From Bacillota bacterium (GTDB taxonomy: Bacteria > Bacillota > DTU025): a stretch of 64,000 nt of DNA. Positions 50,109-61,800 of this stretch are shown here, piece by piece (position 1 is the stretch's first letter; the number at the start of each line of letters is the position of its first letter). A program made the translations under genes and the position numbers. Where the stretch lies: the NCBI GenBank assembly GCA_050951805.1, contig JBMNJT010000007.1:12521-76520 (forward strand), given 5' to 3'. The notes under the pieces are model-generated. The model was not told the DNA's origin. It searched no databases and worked only from the letters and a program-made list of their open reading frames with translations.

Positions 50109-51038
50109 ATCCAGGGCCTCGCGACTTCGAGCACCCACACGGGAGACAGCTGTCGCGCCGAGTTGGTTGCCGCGGGCAAGACTGGCGGCAAGTCCCTCAC
50201 CATGGGAGTAGGCCATCACAAAACCCGCTCCAAAAGCATCGCCGGCGCCGGTAGTGTCCACCACTTCAGTGGGGATCGGAGGCAGCCGAATCGGCTCAGG
50301 TTCATGCCGTGATACGCCAAGACAGCCGCCCGCTCCAAGCTTGAGAGCGACCACAGGGAAGTACTCTACAAGGCTGTTGGCAATATCTAGCGGATCAGAG
50401 AATCCGGTCATGGCACGACCCTCATCTAGGTTTGGCAAGATGACCGTCGCGCCGGCACATAGTTTGAGGAAATCACTCCTTCCTACGGCATTGATAAAGG
50501 AATAGGCGGCTGGGTCCACTGATACGGGAATGCCTGCCGCTAAAGACGTTTCCATGGCCCGACGGGCCGCTCTGGCCGGACCAGGCTCGAAGAACGCGTA
50601 TCCCGATATGTGCAGCCATTGCGCCTGCCTGATAACCTCCTCCGGGATGTCATCAGGAGACAAGCGGGTATTAGCGCGCCTATCGCAGATCATGTCGCGT
50701 TCGCCGTCCTCCGAGACGATCACCCCAACTCGTCCAGTGCCACACTGAGGATCAAATACAATGAAGGGCTGGACTCCTTCAGATTCCAGCTCCTCTGCCA
50801 GGGCGTGGCCGAGGAAATCATTCCCCACACGGCCTATGAACCCAGATGCGTGACCATGGCGAGCCACCCAGACGGCAAAGTTCGCAGCCGACCCACCGGA
50901 CGCAAGTTCAACACGGCCGATAGTGTCGGTACGAGGGTGGCGCGAATTGGGTGTGAAAAAATATGCGTCTATCATAACATCACCAAGACTAAGTATCAAG
51001 TGCTTTTTCCTCCTAATCTGCATCTTTTCTTTGTTCAT
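50100..51038 (-). CDS. PfkB family carbohydrate kinase
   Basis: GGSAANFA, GRVGNDFLG, PNLDE, VDTTGAGDAF. Confidence 0.92.
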   Translation of the reverse strand: MNKEKMQIRRKKHLILSLGDVMIDAYFFTPNSRHPRTDTIGRVELASGGSAANFAVWVARHGHASGFIGRVGNDFLGHALAEELESEGVQPFIVFDPQCGTGRVGVIVSEDGERDMICDRRANTRLSPDDIPEEVIRQAQWLHISGYAFFEPGPARAARRAMETSLAAGIPVSVDPAAYSFINAVGRSDFLKLCAGATVILPNLDEGRAMTGFSDPLDIANSLVEYFPVVALKLGAGGCLGVSRHEPEPIRLPPIPTEVVDTTGAGDAFGAGFVMAYSHGEGLAASLARGNQLGATAVSRVGARSREALDLA

Positions 51039-51275
51039 GTACTATAAATAGCCACGTGTATGCATACACGGACATTGTGTACTCATGCGGGCCCGCATAC
51101 GGTTTGTCCCAATTTCGGGTTGATGCTTTCCGCCCAAAGCCCTATCTTAAGACATTGAACTAGCACTTACAGCACGAGATCCAAACCTGCCGCCGACCAA
51201 CTGCTCCCCTATTTCATTAGCCCGATACTCACCTCGTTCACCTGGCGAATACCACATATGGTCTGCTCTGCGAAG

Positions 51276-52139
51276 TCAAGAGGTTGACCCCAGGGCATCA
51301 AAGAGAACAACTTTCGCCGCATGCTCATCCCTCATAAAGCCATAGGATACCACTCGCCAGAACCACGATACATATCTGAGCAGATACTTGGTGGATACGC
51401 CGCAGAACCGTCTCATCCAGTTCCGAAACTCGTATATCAACCACCTAGCATTGTTCGAATGAAAGAGCGGGTGCATTAACGCTTGGTCTTTCACGTACTT
51501 CCGCCCTTTCCGCAATCCTTGCCAGTAGATAGGCTCAGGGTAGTCCGTGACCGGGCGCCATATGCCAGGTCCCTTGCTCGCGCATACCTTGGCATTCTTC
51601 GAGACGATGTTTCTCATGGCCGACCCAAATGTCCTGCCGTCCTCAGGTATTATTAGCTCGGCGCGTGCTCTTCCAGTTCTGTCTATCGCAAAAAGGAGGA
51701 AGCCCTTCTGCTGATCAGGATCGTTCCGGAGGAAGCTGGAGTATCGTCGGCGTTCGCGAGATGAAGATCTTGGGGCCTGCCCGTGCTGGCCCTTGTCCAT
51801 TAGAATAAACGGCCACTGGGCTATCTCAACTATTCCATCGAGCCTGACGTCGGAATCGGCCTTTGCGAGCACAGATATTATCCTGTGCCGCCAATCGAAA
51901 GATGTGTTCTTGGAAATCCCGGCTTCCTGGGCAGCTCGGCGCACTGAAAGTCCCCTTACCATGCACACACAAAAACGAAGAAACTCCTCTCGCTTGTGCA
52001 ATCCCTCAAACAGTGTGCCCGTGAGTTCAGTAAAGCATCTCCTGCATTCCTTGCAACGATAGCGCTGTATACCCTTGCGTTTCCCGTTGCGCACAACCCG
52101 TGTGCCTTTGCAAGCCGGGCACCTGGCCCCATGGGGCAT
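51276..52139 (-). mobile_element. IS1595-family transposase-derived ORF, catalytic residues apparently lost
   Basis: Zn ribbon CPAC...QRYRCKEC...FTELTGT, HTH SVRRAAQEAGISKNTSFDWRHR, LDGIVEI, GVSTKYLLRY; no terminal repeats recognised. Confidence 0.7.
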
Positions 52140-52479
52140 TGCGGCCTCTCGGACCTCACCCACAAAGAGCGGAAGCTTCCGACGCCAAATAATGGGCTCG
52201 GGTAACGGGCCCAGAGGATTGTGGCTCTTGACGTAAACAACATCGAGCGTGCCAATTCTCTCTCCCTCCGGCCATATGCGGAAAGTCGAGGAAATATCAG
52301 ACCTGAGCAGTGACAGGGGTAACTCCATAGGGCGAATACCTCCGGCAAGGTGATTGCCCACATTTTACCATAACCACATCATATGTGTCAACCATATATT
52401 GGGACGCTCCCTATGGGCTTGGACAGCTCAGAGGATTCCGCTTTCTCTTGACGAAATCCTCATCCGGAGGTGGTCGATT

Positions 52480-53364
52480 TTGACAGGTTCTCTAGTCTTT
52501 GAATTCTTCCGAAGCATCGCTACTCCCGGCCTCGACAAGATAGTGAGAATCGTGACCGACCTGGGCTCGGTTTCCTTCTACATGATCGCCATACCCATTA
52601 TCTACTGGTGTGTGAACAAGCGCCTGGGATTCAGCCTAGGAATGATAACTTCCATCTCATCGTACATAAACGTCGGCTTGAAGTTCATCTTCAAAGTGCC
52701 GCGTCCCTATGTTGCATACCCCCACCTCGATGCCCCAAGCTTCTTGGTTGACACGGGGACGGGATGGTCCTTCCCAAGTGGCCACGCACAGGGGACGTCT
52801 ACATTCTGGGCCTACTCTGCCTGGCAGGTGAAGCGCGGATGGTTCAGTGCCCTCAGCGTCATCATTGTCGCAGCTGTGGGCCTTACGAGGGTCTACGCAA
52901 CAGTTCACTACCCCGCGGATGTGCTTGTCGGCACAGCCCTGGGGCTGATCATTGTCCAGCTCTACATGTATCTGGAGCGCAGTTTGGCACGTCGCAAGAA
53001 CAAGGTATCTGTAAGCACTGCTGTGGCGGCATCAATAGTAATCCCTGGCGTGGTTTATGCTCTATCCTCCATCAGCTTCGAACTGGCCAGGGAGTCTGCG
53101 AGCCTGCTCGGGTTCATCATGGGCCTCGGGATTGGACATGCTCTGGAGAAGGAATACGTCAAATACGACGTCAGAGCATGCCTCCTCGTTCAGGTAGTCA
53201 AGGTTGTGTGGGGCCTGGCAGTTCTTGCTGGGATACGTTACGGGCTAAAGGCCATTCTGCCTGAGGGTTCTTTCTGGCAAGTGCTGCGCTACTCAATGAT
53301 GGCCCTATGGGGAACTTATGGAGCTCCCCTGATGTTCAAGGCGGTATTCAATAGGAAGTCTTGA
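52480..53364 (+). CDS. PAP2-family membrane phosphatase
   Basis: K.IFKVPRP, SFPSGHAQ, TRVYATVHYPADV; TTG start follows GGAGGTGG. Confidence 0.9.
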   Translation: MTGSLVFEFFRSIATPGLDKIVRIVTDLGSVSFYMIAIPIIYWCVNKRLGFSLGMITSISSYINVGLKFIFKVPRPYVAYPHLDAPSFLVDTGTGWSFPSGHAQGTSTFWAYSAWQVKRGWFSALSVIIVAAVGLTRVYATVHYPADVLVGTALGLIIVQLYMYLERSLARRKNKVSVSTAVAASIVIPGVVYALSSISFELARESASLLGFIMGLGIGHALEKEYVKYDVRACLLVQVVKVVWGLAVLAGIRYGLKAILPEGSFWQVLRYSMMALWGTYGAPLMFKAVFNRKS

Positions 53365-54115
53365 GGGCTCGCTCTAACTCTGCATAAGTCATTGTGCCTA
53401 TTCTGAGGTCCCTTATGACCCTGTGCGCGTCTATGATGAACGTAGTAGGCAGCGCGGTAATGTCATAGGCTTGGGCTATTTCGCCTCGGGTATCGGCGAT
53501 CATCGGGACGCTCCAGTCGTTTGCGCCTCCGCACCGTCCCACATCATCTTCTCTGTCGAATACGGCTATAGCCATGACGTAACATTGCCCCTTACCCTCG
53601 CGATAGAGCCGGTCGACGGCTGGCATATGCGCTATCGACGGCGCAGATGATGTCCTGAAGAAGACGAGCACTGTTGGCAGGCCTGCGCAATCGTCAAGTG
53701 AGACTACTGTCCCGTCAGGCAGCCTGCCTACGAAATTAGGGGCACGGTAGCCGGGAGAAGGCCGCACAAGTATGATGCCATCATCGGGCTCGCAATCCAT
53801 GGGCGCGCGTGGTGGCTTCTTGATGTACGCGCCAAAGGGCCCTATGAATATCCCTCCCGATATTACTCCAAGGATCAAACCGACTAGCACAAACCATGCA
53901 CCGATTCGAGCCAACTTGAGTAGAGTCCCCTTAGGCATATCCGGAGATAGCCGCCTGCCAAGCCGGGTTCGCACTGTAGCCCAGTCCCATTTCCATAGCT
54001 GCCTGTACCGTTCTTCTTCGGCAACTTCCATCGCACCTGAAGTCGGGCCATCGAACGACCGCCCTTCGGGTCCTGCTTTGCCAGTCCTCACGAAAACTCG
54101 TTTTGCTCTTTCCAT
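53348..54115 (-). CDS. Membrane-anchored TlpA/ResA-like thioredoxin-fold protein lacking CxxC
   Basis: TM, then PGYRAPNF, VSLDD..G.PTVLVFF, SAPS in place of CxxC, YDITALPTTFIID. Confidence 0.75.
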   Translation of the reverse strand: MERAKRVFVRTGKAGPEGRSFDGPTSGAMEVAEEERYRQLWKWDWATVRTRLGRRLSPDMPKGTLLKLARIGAWFVLVGLILGVISGGIFIGPFGAYIKKPPRAPMDCEPDDGIILVRPSPGYRAPNFVGRLPDGTVVSLDDCAGLPTVLVFFRTSSAPSIAHMPAVDRLYREGKGQCYVMAIAVFDREDDVGRCGGANDWSVPMIADTRGEIAQAYDITALPTTFIIDAHRVIRDLRIGTMTYAELERALKTSY

Positions 54116-54400
54116 TACAGATCCCTCCGTTGGAATGTGTACGAACGGAGGCTAGGCCACTATTACAATTCTCAGGTTCTGCAAAACAGATTCGTCATTC
54201 ATAGAGAAGCAATAGGCACGGCTCACCAAAATTGTGCTAACACAAACAGGGTTTTCTCAGCTCTCTGTAGAACCTTTGTAAAAGTATTCAATACCGCTCT
54301 TGTGTATGAAGCAACCTATGTAGAAAGACGCTTAGAAGGGAGGCAGTGCCGTTACCTTCCTTTGGCCCAAACCGAAGGCTGCCGACGGCACGTTTCTGCT

Positions 54401-55050
54401 TGAGTGAAACGCACCGTATTCGTGTGATGATTGTGGATGATCATGCCATGGTGCGGAGTGGTCTCAGAGCGTTTCTCGAGGTCTACGACGACCTGGAGTT
54501 TGCCGGAGAAGCGCGCGACGGGCGCGAGGCTGTGGAACTCTGTTCTGAGATGCTTCCAGACGTCATCCTCATGGATCTTGTCATGCCTGATATGGATGGG
54601 GCTACGGCTACTCAAGCCATTCGGGTCTCTCATCCAGGCATTCAAGTGATCGCCCTTACAAGCTTCAAGGAACAACATTTGATCCAGAACGCCCTGAAGG
54701 CGGGGGCCATCGGATATCTATTCAAGAATGTATCAGCTGATGAGCTGGCCAGCGCAATCCGGGCAGCCCATGCAGGGCGTCCAACGCTCGCCCCTGAGGT
54801 TACTGAGGCGCTGATCAAAGCCTCGGTTCGAGAGCCCAAAGGGGATAACCTCAAGCCCAAGCTTTCCGACCGCGAGCTGGAAGTGCTGGCTGCGATGGCA
54901 GATGGCCTGACAAACCGCGAGATATCCCACAAGCTGTTCATAAGCTACTCTACGGTGAAATTCCACGTAAGCAACATCCTCTCGAAAATGGGCGTCCGCA
55001 CTCGCACCGAGGCAGTGGCCATGGCATTGCAGAATGATCTGGTAGAGTAG
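54401..55050 (+). CDS. NarL/LuxR-family response regulator
   Basis: IRVMIVDDH, DVILMDLVMP, LSDRELEVL...GLTNREI...TVKFHVSNI; start approximate. Confidence 0.93.
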
Positions 55051-55109
55051 CCCTGTTTTCCTTCAGAATTTCGCGCATCGGTCCCTTGTATGAAGGGAGG
55101 AAATAGCCA

Positions 55110-57698
55110 TTGAGCAAACAAGAGCATTTCAACTCCCTCAGCTCATCCATAGGTACTGCCTTCCTCGATCATAATCTGGCTATTCTCCGCTGCGACAACG
55201 TGTGGGTAGGAATCGCCGCTCGTCTTGGGAGAACCCCCGCATCCAACGTAGTGCCCGGGGTAAATATTCAGCAACTCATTGGGGAGTCTCTTCCCGACTG
55301 GACTGCACGATACCATCGCGCGCTATGCGGAGAAGCTACATATGACAGGGTCGTCCTGAAGGGGCAGGCGACCGGAGGGCCTCCCGGAGCAGCCACAAGC
55401 AGCTGGGACATATACGCATTCCCTGTAACTGATGAATCAGGCGTGTTGAGCATCGTTGAAGTTGCTATCAATGTCACTGTCACCCTCGAATCAGCCGTCC
55501 TTGCCGGCCTGCCGGATGTCTGTTTGGTCCTGACAAAGGATGGCTTCATCCTCGGCTGTTACGGCGGAAATCTCCGTGATTTCTTTGGCACACCTCAAGT
55601 CCTCATCGGAGCACATCTGAAGGACATCGTCCCTTCTGAGACAGTAGGCCAAGTAGAATGGGCGCTTGCCAAGGTGGAGCAGGCGGCGCGCGAGGCGTGG
55701 ATAGCGCATGATGCTGGATCCACGGAAGAAACGGCTGCCCGGTCTTCGCCAGGCATAGAAGTCCTGGACCCTTCGGAGACTGGAGGCGCTGTAGCCACTA
55801 TCGAGTACGCTGTGGGAAGCGGCTTCCAAAGCCGTGTGTATGAGGCCCGGTTCGCTCCCCTTTCAGAGCCGGGATCCATTGTTATGGTGCGAGACGTCAC
55901 TGAAGCCAGGCGTGCTCAGGCCATACAAGAGGGGCAAAGCAGGTTCCTGGAGCTCTTGGCCACGGGCGGGCTTTTCACCGAAACGCTGCGGGCTCTCATC
56001 AGCATGCTTGAGGAACAATCCCCGGGAATGTCAGGTCTCATTCTCCTCGCAGACGCCCAGGGCAAGCATCTGCACATCGGCGCCAGCGTCAGTCTTCCAG
56101 ACGACTACCTTCAGGCCATAGACGGTCTGGAGATCGGCCCCATGGCGGGTTCATGTGGAGCTGCAGCGCACTTCAAGAGGCGGATAGTGATTGACAACAT
56201 CGCCACCAATCCCCGTTGGGAAGGCCTTCGAGGCCTGGCTTTGGCCTATGGTTTGAAGGCATGCTGGGCACAACCTGTAGTAGGTGACGATGGGAGGGTC
56301 CTTGGAGTATTTGCCATGTATCATCGGGCCGCTCGAACGCCTTCCAGGGTAGAGGTGCGTGCCCTTGAGACTGCCGCTCGACTTGTACGCGTGGCTATTG
56401 AGCAAAGGCAGGCAAAGGAGAAACTGGAGGCTGAGTATGCACAGCTCGAGCTGCGCATCGAAGAACGCACCCGCGAGATCGAGCAACGCCGTCGAGTCGC
56501 AGAAGGGCTCCGCGAGATCCTTGCAGCCCTCAATTCAAACCGGGCTCTGGAAGAGGTGCTCGACCTCATCATGGCTCAAGCAGCGGAGTTCTTGGGCGCA
56601 GAGGCTGCAGTGCTCTATAGACTGGAAGCAGAGGGTGAAGGACTGCGGGTTGTAGCCACGCACAGTCTTCCTCCTGAACCCTATGGTAGCCTCCGAGCCC
56701 ACGTCACCATCCCCGTAACAAGGGACCTAGTAGGATGGTCTGTTGCTACAGGGCGCCCTGTTGTGGCCTCAGATACAGAGGAAGTGGCATATGATTACTC
56801 ATGGCCGTCTGAGCTTGGCTCTGCAAGAACCCGAACTGACTGGTGGCCTTCTTGGGCAACAGGTCGCTTCCATAGCTTACTCGCCATTCCTCTAGCCGGA
56901 AAGAGCAGCATCCACGGGGCTATTGTGCTCTGCTTCGCCATGCCTCGCGTATTCTCCCAAGAAGAGCTGAATCTTGCTGTTTCCTTTGCAGACCAAACCA
57001 GTCTTGCAATCGAAAACACCCAGCTTAGGGAAGAAGCGGAGGAGGCCGCTGTAGCCGCCGAAAGGAGCAGGCTGGCAAGGGAGTTGCATGACTCGGTAAC
57101 ACAGACACTCTTCTCCGCAAGCCTCATGGCAGAGGTTCTCCCCAAGCTGTGGGCGAACAGCGAAGCTGAGGGGCGCAAGCGCCTGGAACAGCTCAGACAG
57201 CTCACCAGAGGCGCACTTGCCGAAATGCGATCACTCCTCCTTGAGCTGAGGCCAGCTACGCTCATGGAAGTTGCTCTGCCGGAGCTCCTTAAGCAGCTTG
57301 TAGAAGCCACAAGTGGACGTGCAGACATACCCATTGAACTAGTCATACGCGACTTGGCTACCTGCTCGCCCCCAGCTCAGGTTCGGGTAGCGCTCTACAG
57401 GATAGCTCAGGAAGCCGTCAGCAATATCGTAAAGCATTCTGCCGCTGCTTCAGCGTGGGTGAAACTAGAATGTGAAAACATAGAGTCAACCGCCATCAGC
57501 GATGAGCTTTCCGTGACCCTAATCGTTGGGGATGACGGCCGCGGATTCGACATCCACTCCATACCCGCACACCGTCTTGGCATTCGCATAATGCACGAGC
57601 GCGCCGCGGAGATAGGAGCTAGTGTAGTGATAGAGAGCAAACGGGATGGCGGTACAGAAGTGGTGGCAAAGTGGCGTGGCCCGAGTGCCGACGAGTGA
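55110..57698 (+). CDS. Cytoplasmic PAS/GAF sensor histidine kinase (HisKA_3)
   Basis: PAS-like segments, two GAF domains (GSCGAAA), ERSRLARELHDSVTQ, QEAVSNIVKHS, DDGRGF. Confidence 0.92.
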   Translation: MSKQEHFNSLSSSIGTAFLDHNLAILRCDNVWVGIAARLGRTPASNVVPGVNIQQLIGESLPDWTARYHRALCGEATYDRVVLKGQATGGPPGAATSSWDIYAFPVTDESGVLSIVEVAINVTVTLESAVLAGLPDVCLVLTKDGFILGCYGGNLRDFFGTPQVLIGAHLKDIVPSETVGQVEWALAKVEQAAREAWIAHDAGSTEETAARSSPGIEVLDPSETGGAVATIEYAVGSGFQSRVYEARFAPLSEPGSIVMVRDVTEARRAQAIQEGQSRFLELLATGGLFTETLRALISMLEEQSPGMSGLILLADAQGKHLHIGASVSLPDDYLQAIDGLEIGPMAGSCGAAAHFKRRIVIDNIATNPRWEGLRGLALAYGLKACWAQPVVGDDGRVLGVFAMYHRAARTPSRVEVRALETAARLVRVAIEQRQAKEKLEAEYAQLELRIEERTREIEQRRRVAEGLREILAALNSNRALEEVLDLIMAQAAEFLGAEAAVLYRLEAEGEGLRVVATHSLPPEPYGSLRAHVTIPVTRDLVGWSVATGRPVVASDTEEVAYDYSWPSELGSARTRTDWWPSWATGRFHSLLAIPLAGKSSIHGAIVLCFAMPRVFSQEELNLAVSFADQTSLAIENTQLREEAEEAAVAAERSRLARELHDSVTQTLFSASLMAEVLPKLWANSEAEGRKRLEQLRQLTRGALAEMRSLLLELRPATLMEVALPELLKQLVEATSGRADIPIELVIRDLATCSPPAQVRVALYRIAQEAVSNIVKHSAAASAWVKLECENIESTAISDELSVTLIVGDDGRGFDIHSIPAHRLGIRIMHERAAEIGASVVIESKRDGGTEVVAKWRGPSADE

Positions 57699-57806
57699 AG
57701 TGAAAAGTGACTTGATCCAGGAGATCGCCTTGTAGACGATTTGGCCTCTTCAGCCTCTACTCCTGGATCAAGCACAATCTCCTGGCTTAACCATTACCCG
57801 CCTGGG

Positions 57807-58691
57807 CTAGAATTTCAGGTTCAAGGAAAATCTATGGCTATCAGGCAGCACGCTGTGGGTCTGATATGCGTAGTCCACTGTGAATACAGACGCCGCAAAG
57901 CCCGCGCCCGCTGAAAGCGAGCTACTACCTGCCCCGAACGACCCACCGGCACGCACCGTAATGCTGCCGAAGCTGTATTCGGCGCCCGCTCTTGCCTCAA
58001 CTCCGTCCTCAATTACAACATCGGCTGCAATGAGAAGCGGCTCCGTCGGCCTGAAGGCAGCTCCAATGCCGTATGAGCGGTCGAAGGAGTCAGACGCCCC
58101 TTCATCATACTTGACCGCCCCAACTACATTCCTGGCCACAGCGCCCACTCTGAAATTTCCACTGCCCACCTCATACAGCACACCTATGTCTCCGGTAACT
58201 CCTGAGCCCGAGTTTGCAGGCAAGGTCTGACTGTAGTATTTCACTGAGCCGCCCACTGAAAGGCCAGGGATTACCGTCCTTCCATATCCAGCCATTGCAG
58301 TCAGCTCAGTAGCGCCAAATACGCCAATGACATCTGCAAACTCATCTGTCTTGTCGATCCCTGATGCATCCAACCTCAAGATGCCCGCGCCCATGTTCTT
58401 CTGGGCGTAGCCCGCAGCGAGGTACCCTGCTGCGCCGTGATGGTTCGTGTAAAGTGATGTTACGGCCCTGCCTTGAATCAGGCCAAGCCCAGCGGGGTTG
58501 TAGTATATAGTAGACGCATCGTCAGCTATAGCAATGCCTGCGCCGCCCATTCCGAGGGCGCGCGCCCCCATTCCTATGCCCATCATGGCTGCAGTTCCCA
58601 CAGGGTCCTCCTCGGCGAAGGATATCGCCGACGATGCCAGGCACAGTATGAGAGCCAAAACCAGGGACATCGCATGTGTCTTTGTTCGCAT
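57807..58691 (-). CDS. PorV/PorQ-like outer-membrane beta-barrel protein
   Basis: Signal peptide, GARALGMGGA..AIADDASTIYYNPAGL, alternating beta-strands, C-terminal DYAY...SHRFSLNLKF. Confidence 0.8.
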   Translation of the reverse strand: MRTKTHAMSLVLALILCLASSAISFAEEDPVGTAAMMGIGMGARALGMGGAGIAIADDASTIYYNPAGLGLIQGRAVTSLYTNHHGAAGYLAAGYAQKNMGAGILRLDASGIDKTDEFADVIGVFGATELTAMAGYGRTVIPGLSVGGSVKYYSQTLPANSGSGVTGDIGVLYEVGSGNFRVGAVARNVVGAVKYDEGASDSFDRSYGIGAAFRPTEPLLIAADVVIEDGVEARAGAEYSFGSITVRAGGSFGAGSSSLSAGAGFAASVFTVDYAYQTHSVLPDSHRFSLNLKF

Positions 58692-58805
58692 TTGCTCGCC
58701 CCTCCTACTCTGTAGTTCCAGCAAGGTAGATAGAGGCGCTTGCCGCGGATGTGGGCAGTCGCGCTGCGCGCAGCCGCCCACACCCACATCTGCAAGCACC
58801 TTTGA

Positions 58806-61800
58806 TTACCGGTCTATCACGAGCCGACCTACTTCAGACTTGGCACCATCCGACACTACCACATAGAGGTAGATGCCGTTTGCGACAGGTCTGCCGCCTG
58901 ACATGAGGTTCCACTGGCACGCAGTATCGGAGCTTGACAGCTCCATGCTGTGCACCAGTCTTCCAGATATGTCATATACGTACAGGGTCCCATCTGTTGC
59001 GATGTTGTAGTAGAACACTACTTCGTCTGAAGCGGGATTCGGCGCTGCAATAATCGTCTTCGAGAGCATCACTACGATGAACTCATCGCTTGTTCCCTGT
59101 CCGACGTCTCCGTCAGGATCGCAGGCCGTGACACGAATCTGGTACGCGCCGCCCTTCTCCAGTTTGGAGGCGTCCCACGCGTACTTCCCGGTGTTTGCCT
59201 GATCCTCAGCTATGACCTTCCACCCGAGACTGTCGCCAAGGAAACGATACTCGAATGTGATCTCAAGTTCATCTTCATCTGCATCTGTAGCCTCGTACTC
59301 GATCATGATCGGCTTGCCGGAAGTGAACATCGATCCTGCTACAGGTGCAATCACCTCAGCTTCAGGGGCCGTGTTCACTATCTCCACCATCTGCTCACCA
59401 GTTGCAGAGAGCCCTCCATCGTCAGTAACCGTAAGCCTTACAGTGAAGACGCCCTTTGCTGCGTACTGGTGCTCGGGATGCTGCTCGTCGCTTTCTGCGC
59501 CATCTCCGAACTCCCAGTGCCATGCCACAATCCGACCGTCATCTGTAGACTCGTCTGTGAACTTGACTACGTCCCGCTTGGTAGCAGGGGATGGGCTGAC
59601 GCTGAACGCCGCAATTGGCGCTGTGTTCAACGCGATCGTGAACTCGCCGCTTGTGGCCTCAACGCTTGCGCCATCGACGTCTGTCGCTATGACCCTTACA
59701 ACGTAGCGTCCGCTCTCCTTCACCCTCGACAGATCCCATGCATAGGTTCCTGTATTCGGCTGATCCACTGCGATCGTGCCCCAGCCGAAGTCGTCTCCGA
59801 TGCAGTCGTATTCCAGGGTGATTGCAAGTTCGTCGCCGTCGACGTCTGATGCCTCGTATTCGATATTCATTATCTGATTAGCTGTCCACACAGAGTCAGC
59901 TTCAGGAACCATCAGCTTGACTACAGGAGCAGAGTTGACTACCTCCACAGGCAGCTCCGTTGTTCCAGTCAACCCGCCGTTGTCGGTAACTGCGAGCTTC
60001 ACCATGTACGAACCCTTAGAGTCATACTTGTGTTCTGGGTTCTGCTCATCGCTTTCCGCTCCGTCTCCGAACTCCCAATGCCATGCTACGATAGTGCCAT
60101 CGTCAGCAGACTCATCAGTGAACTTGATAACGCTCTCGATTGTTGGTTCTGCCGGCTCGAAGCTGAATGACGCAACTGGAGCAAGATTCACAATCGTGAA
60201 CATGTCCGTTACGTACTCAGCACGCGCTCCGGCCGGATCGCGAACCACGACGCGCACCTGGAAGGTGTCGCCGCCGGCACCCACGTTGTTGGTGTTCCAC
60301 AGGTAGGAGCCGGTGTTCTCTACACCCGTAGCGATCTCGTTCCAATTCTCGCCGTCGCGAGTCCAGTACAGATCGACCGAGAGAGAATCAGCCTCATCGT
60401 CAGGGTCGGAACCCGTCCAGATGATCTCGGATTCTCCGTGCCATTCAACTCCTGCCGCTGGCGCGCTAACGCTTGCCTCAGGAGGCAGATTGAGTTTGAG
60501 CCGTACTGGGATCGCCGCAAACGGACGGAATGGGTCATCAGCTGTTACGTACAGGTAGAGCGAGTATGTGCCCGGAGTCGCCCTTGCCGAACCGAATGTT
60601 ACGACCGCATCCTGGCTTGCGCCGCCAATCAGCAGTCCGGATTCGGGGTTGACTTCAAGCACTGATCCTACAGGCGAGAAGGCTACAGCGAGCCCATCCT
60701 CGATGTAGGGGGCATTGTAGACCACCTGCAGGCCGTCTTCACCTGTTCCGTTCTCAATGCCTATGGTGGCGGATGTAACATCGCCAATCATAGACAGGTA
60801 CTGATACGTTATTGTGCCGTCGGGCTCCAGAACTATCTGGAATGTGTAGACCGAGTCTGAACCCCACTGCGGCACGTTGTTGTACTGGACGATGAAGCGA
60901 TCGCTCGACTCATCATGGTAGTAGTACACGCCACCGCCTGCACTGGGATCCAGGTCGTCCCAGAAGGCTGCCATCAGGTAGTTGGGATCATCTGCGTTCG
61001 GGATCGGGCTGTTCTCAGGGAACCTCTTGAGGGCACCCTGGTCGAACGAGAGATATCCGTTTGAGGCGATTCCGATGAATCTATGGAATTCGCCGTAGAA
61101 CGGGAACTCGAACGGAAGACGCACCGTCACTCCTGATTCGTCAAACAGCGGTACGCGCGTGCCAAGCTCGCTGATGTCAGACCAGTCGAACTGGGGTCCG
61201 TTGGCCTGATTGCTGTCCATCCAGACATATCCGAACTTGTCGGGTCCGCCCGCTCCTGCGCCGGCGAATCCGCGCGGTTCTGCCTCAAAGTCGCCCTTCA
61301 CCTTCTCAGAAGCAGCATACTGCTTCCATTCAGGGCTCTGAGCGAAGCTGGGGGCCGTGCTTATCTGGAAGTTCATAGGCCCTGTGCCTGGATTGCTCAC
61401 TCTGAGGTTATCCTGATCTGACGCTGCCAGCGTCGATTACCTTGTCAAACGAACCCGGCTCTACCTCCAGCTTAGGCAGCCACTGTACAGTGATGGCCAC
61501 TTCGGCCGTGACCTCGAGCCCCACCTCGTCGACAACGTGCACGCACGCGTTGTACACGCCGAGTTCATCATATATGTGCTCAGCATGGGCATCGTGCACT
61601 GGATCTGACCCGTCTCCGAAATCCCACCATATATCAGCTATGGGTTTTGCCCCGGGGCTCACAGTAGCATCGAAGGTCACTGTGAGAGGAGGATCGCCTA
61701 TCGTTGGAGATGCAGTAACTTCGTCAATCGAAGGCCCATCCTCCAGATGAACAACGACGTTAGCGTAGAGCGAGGGACTCGCTGGATCGTCAGTTGCGAC

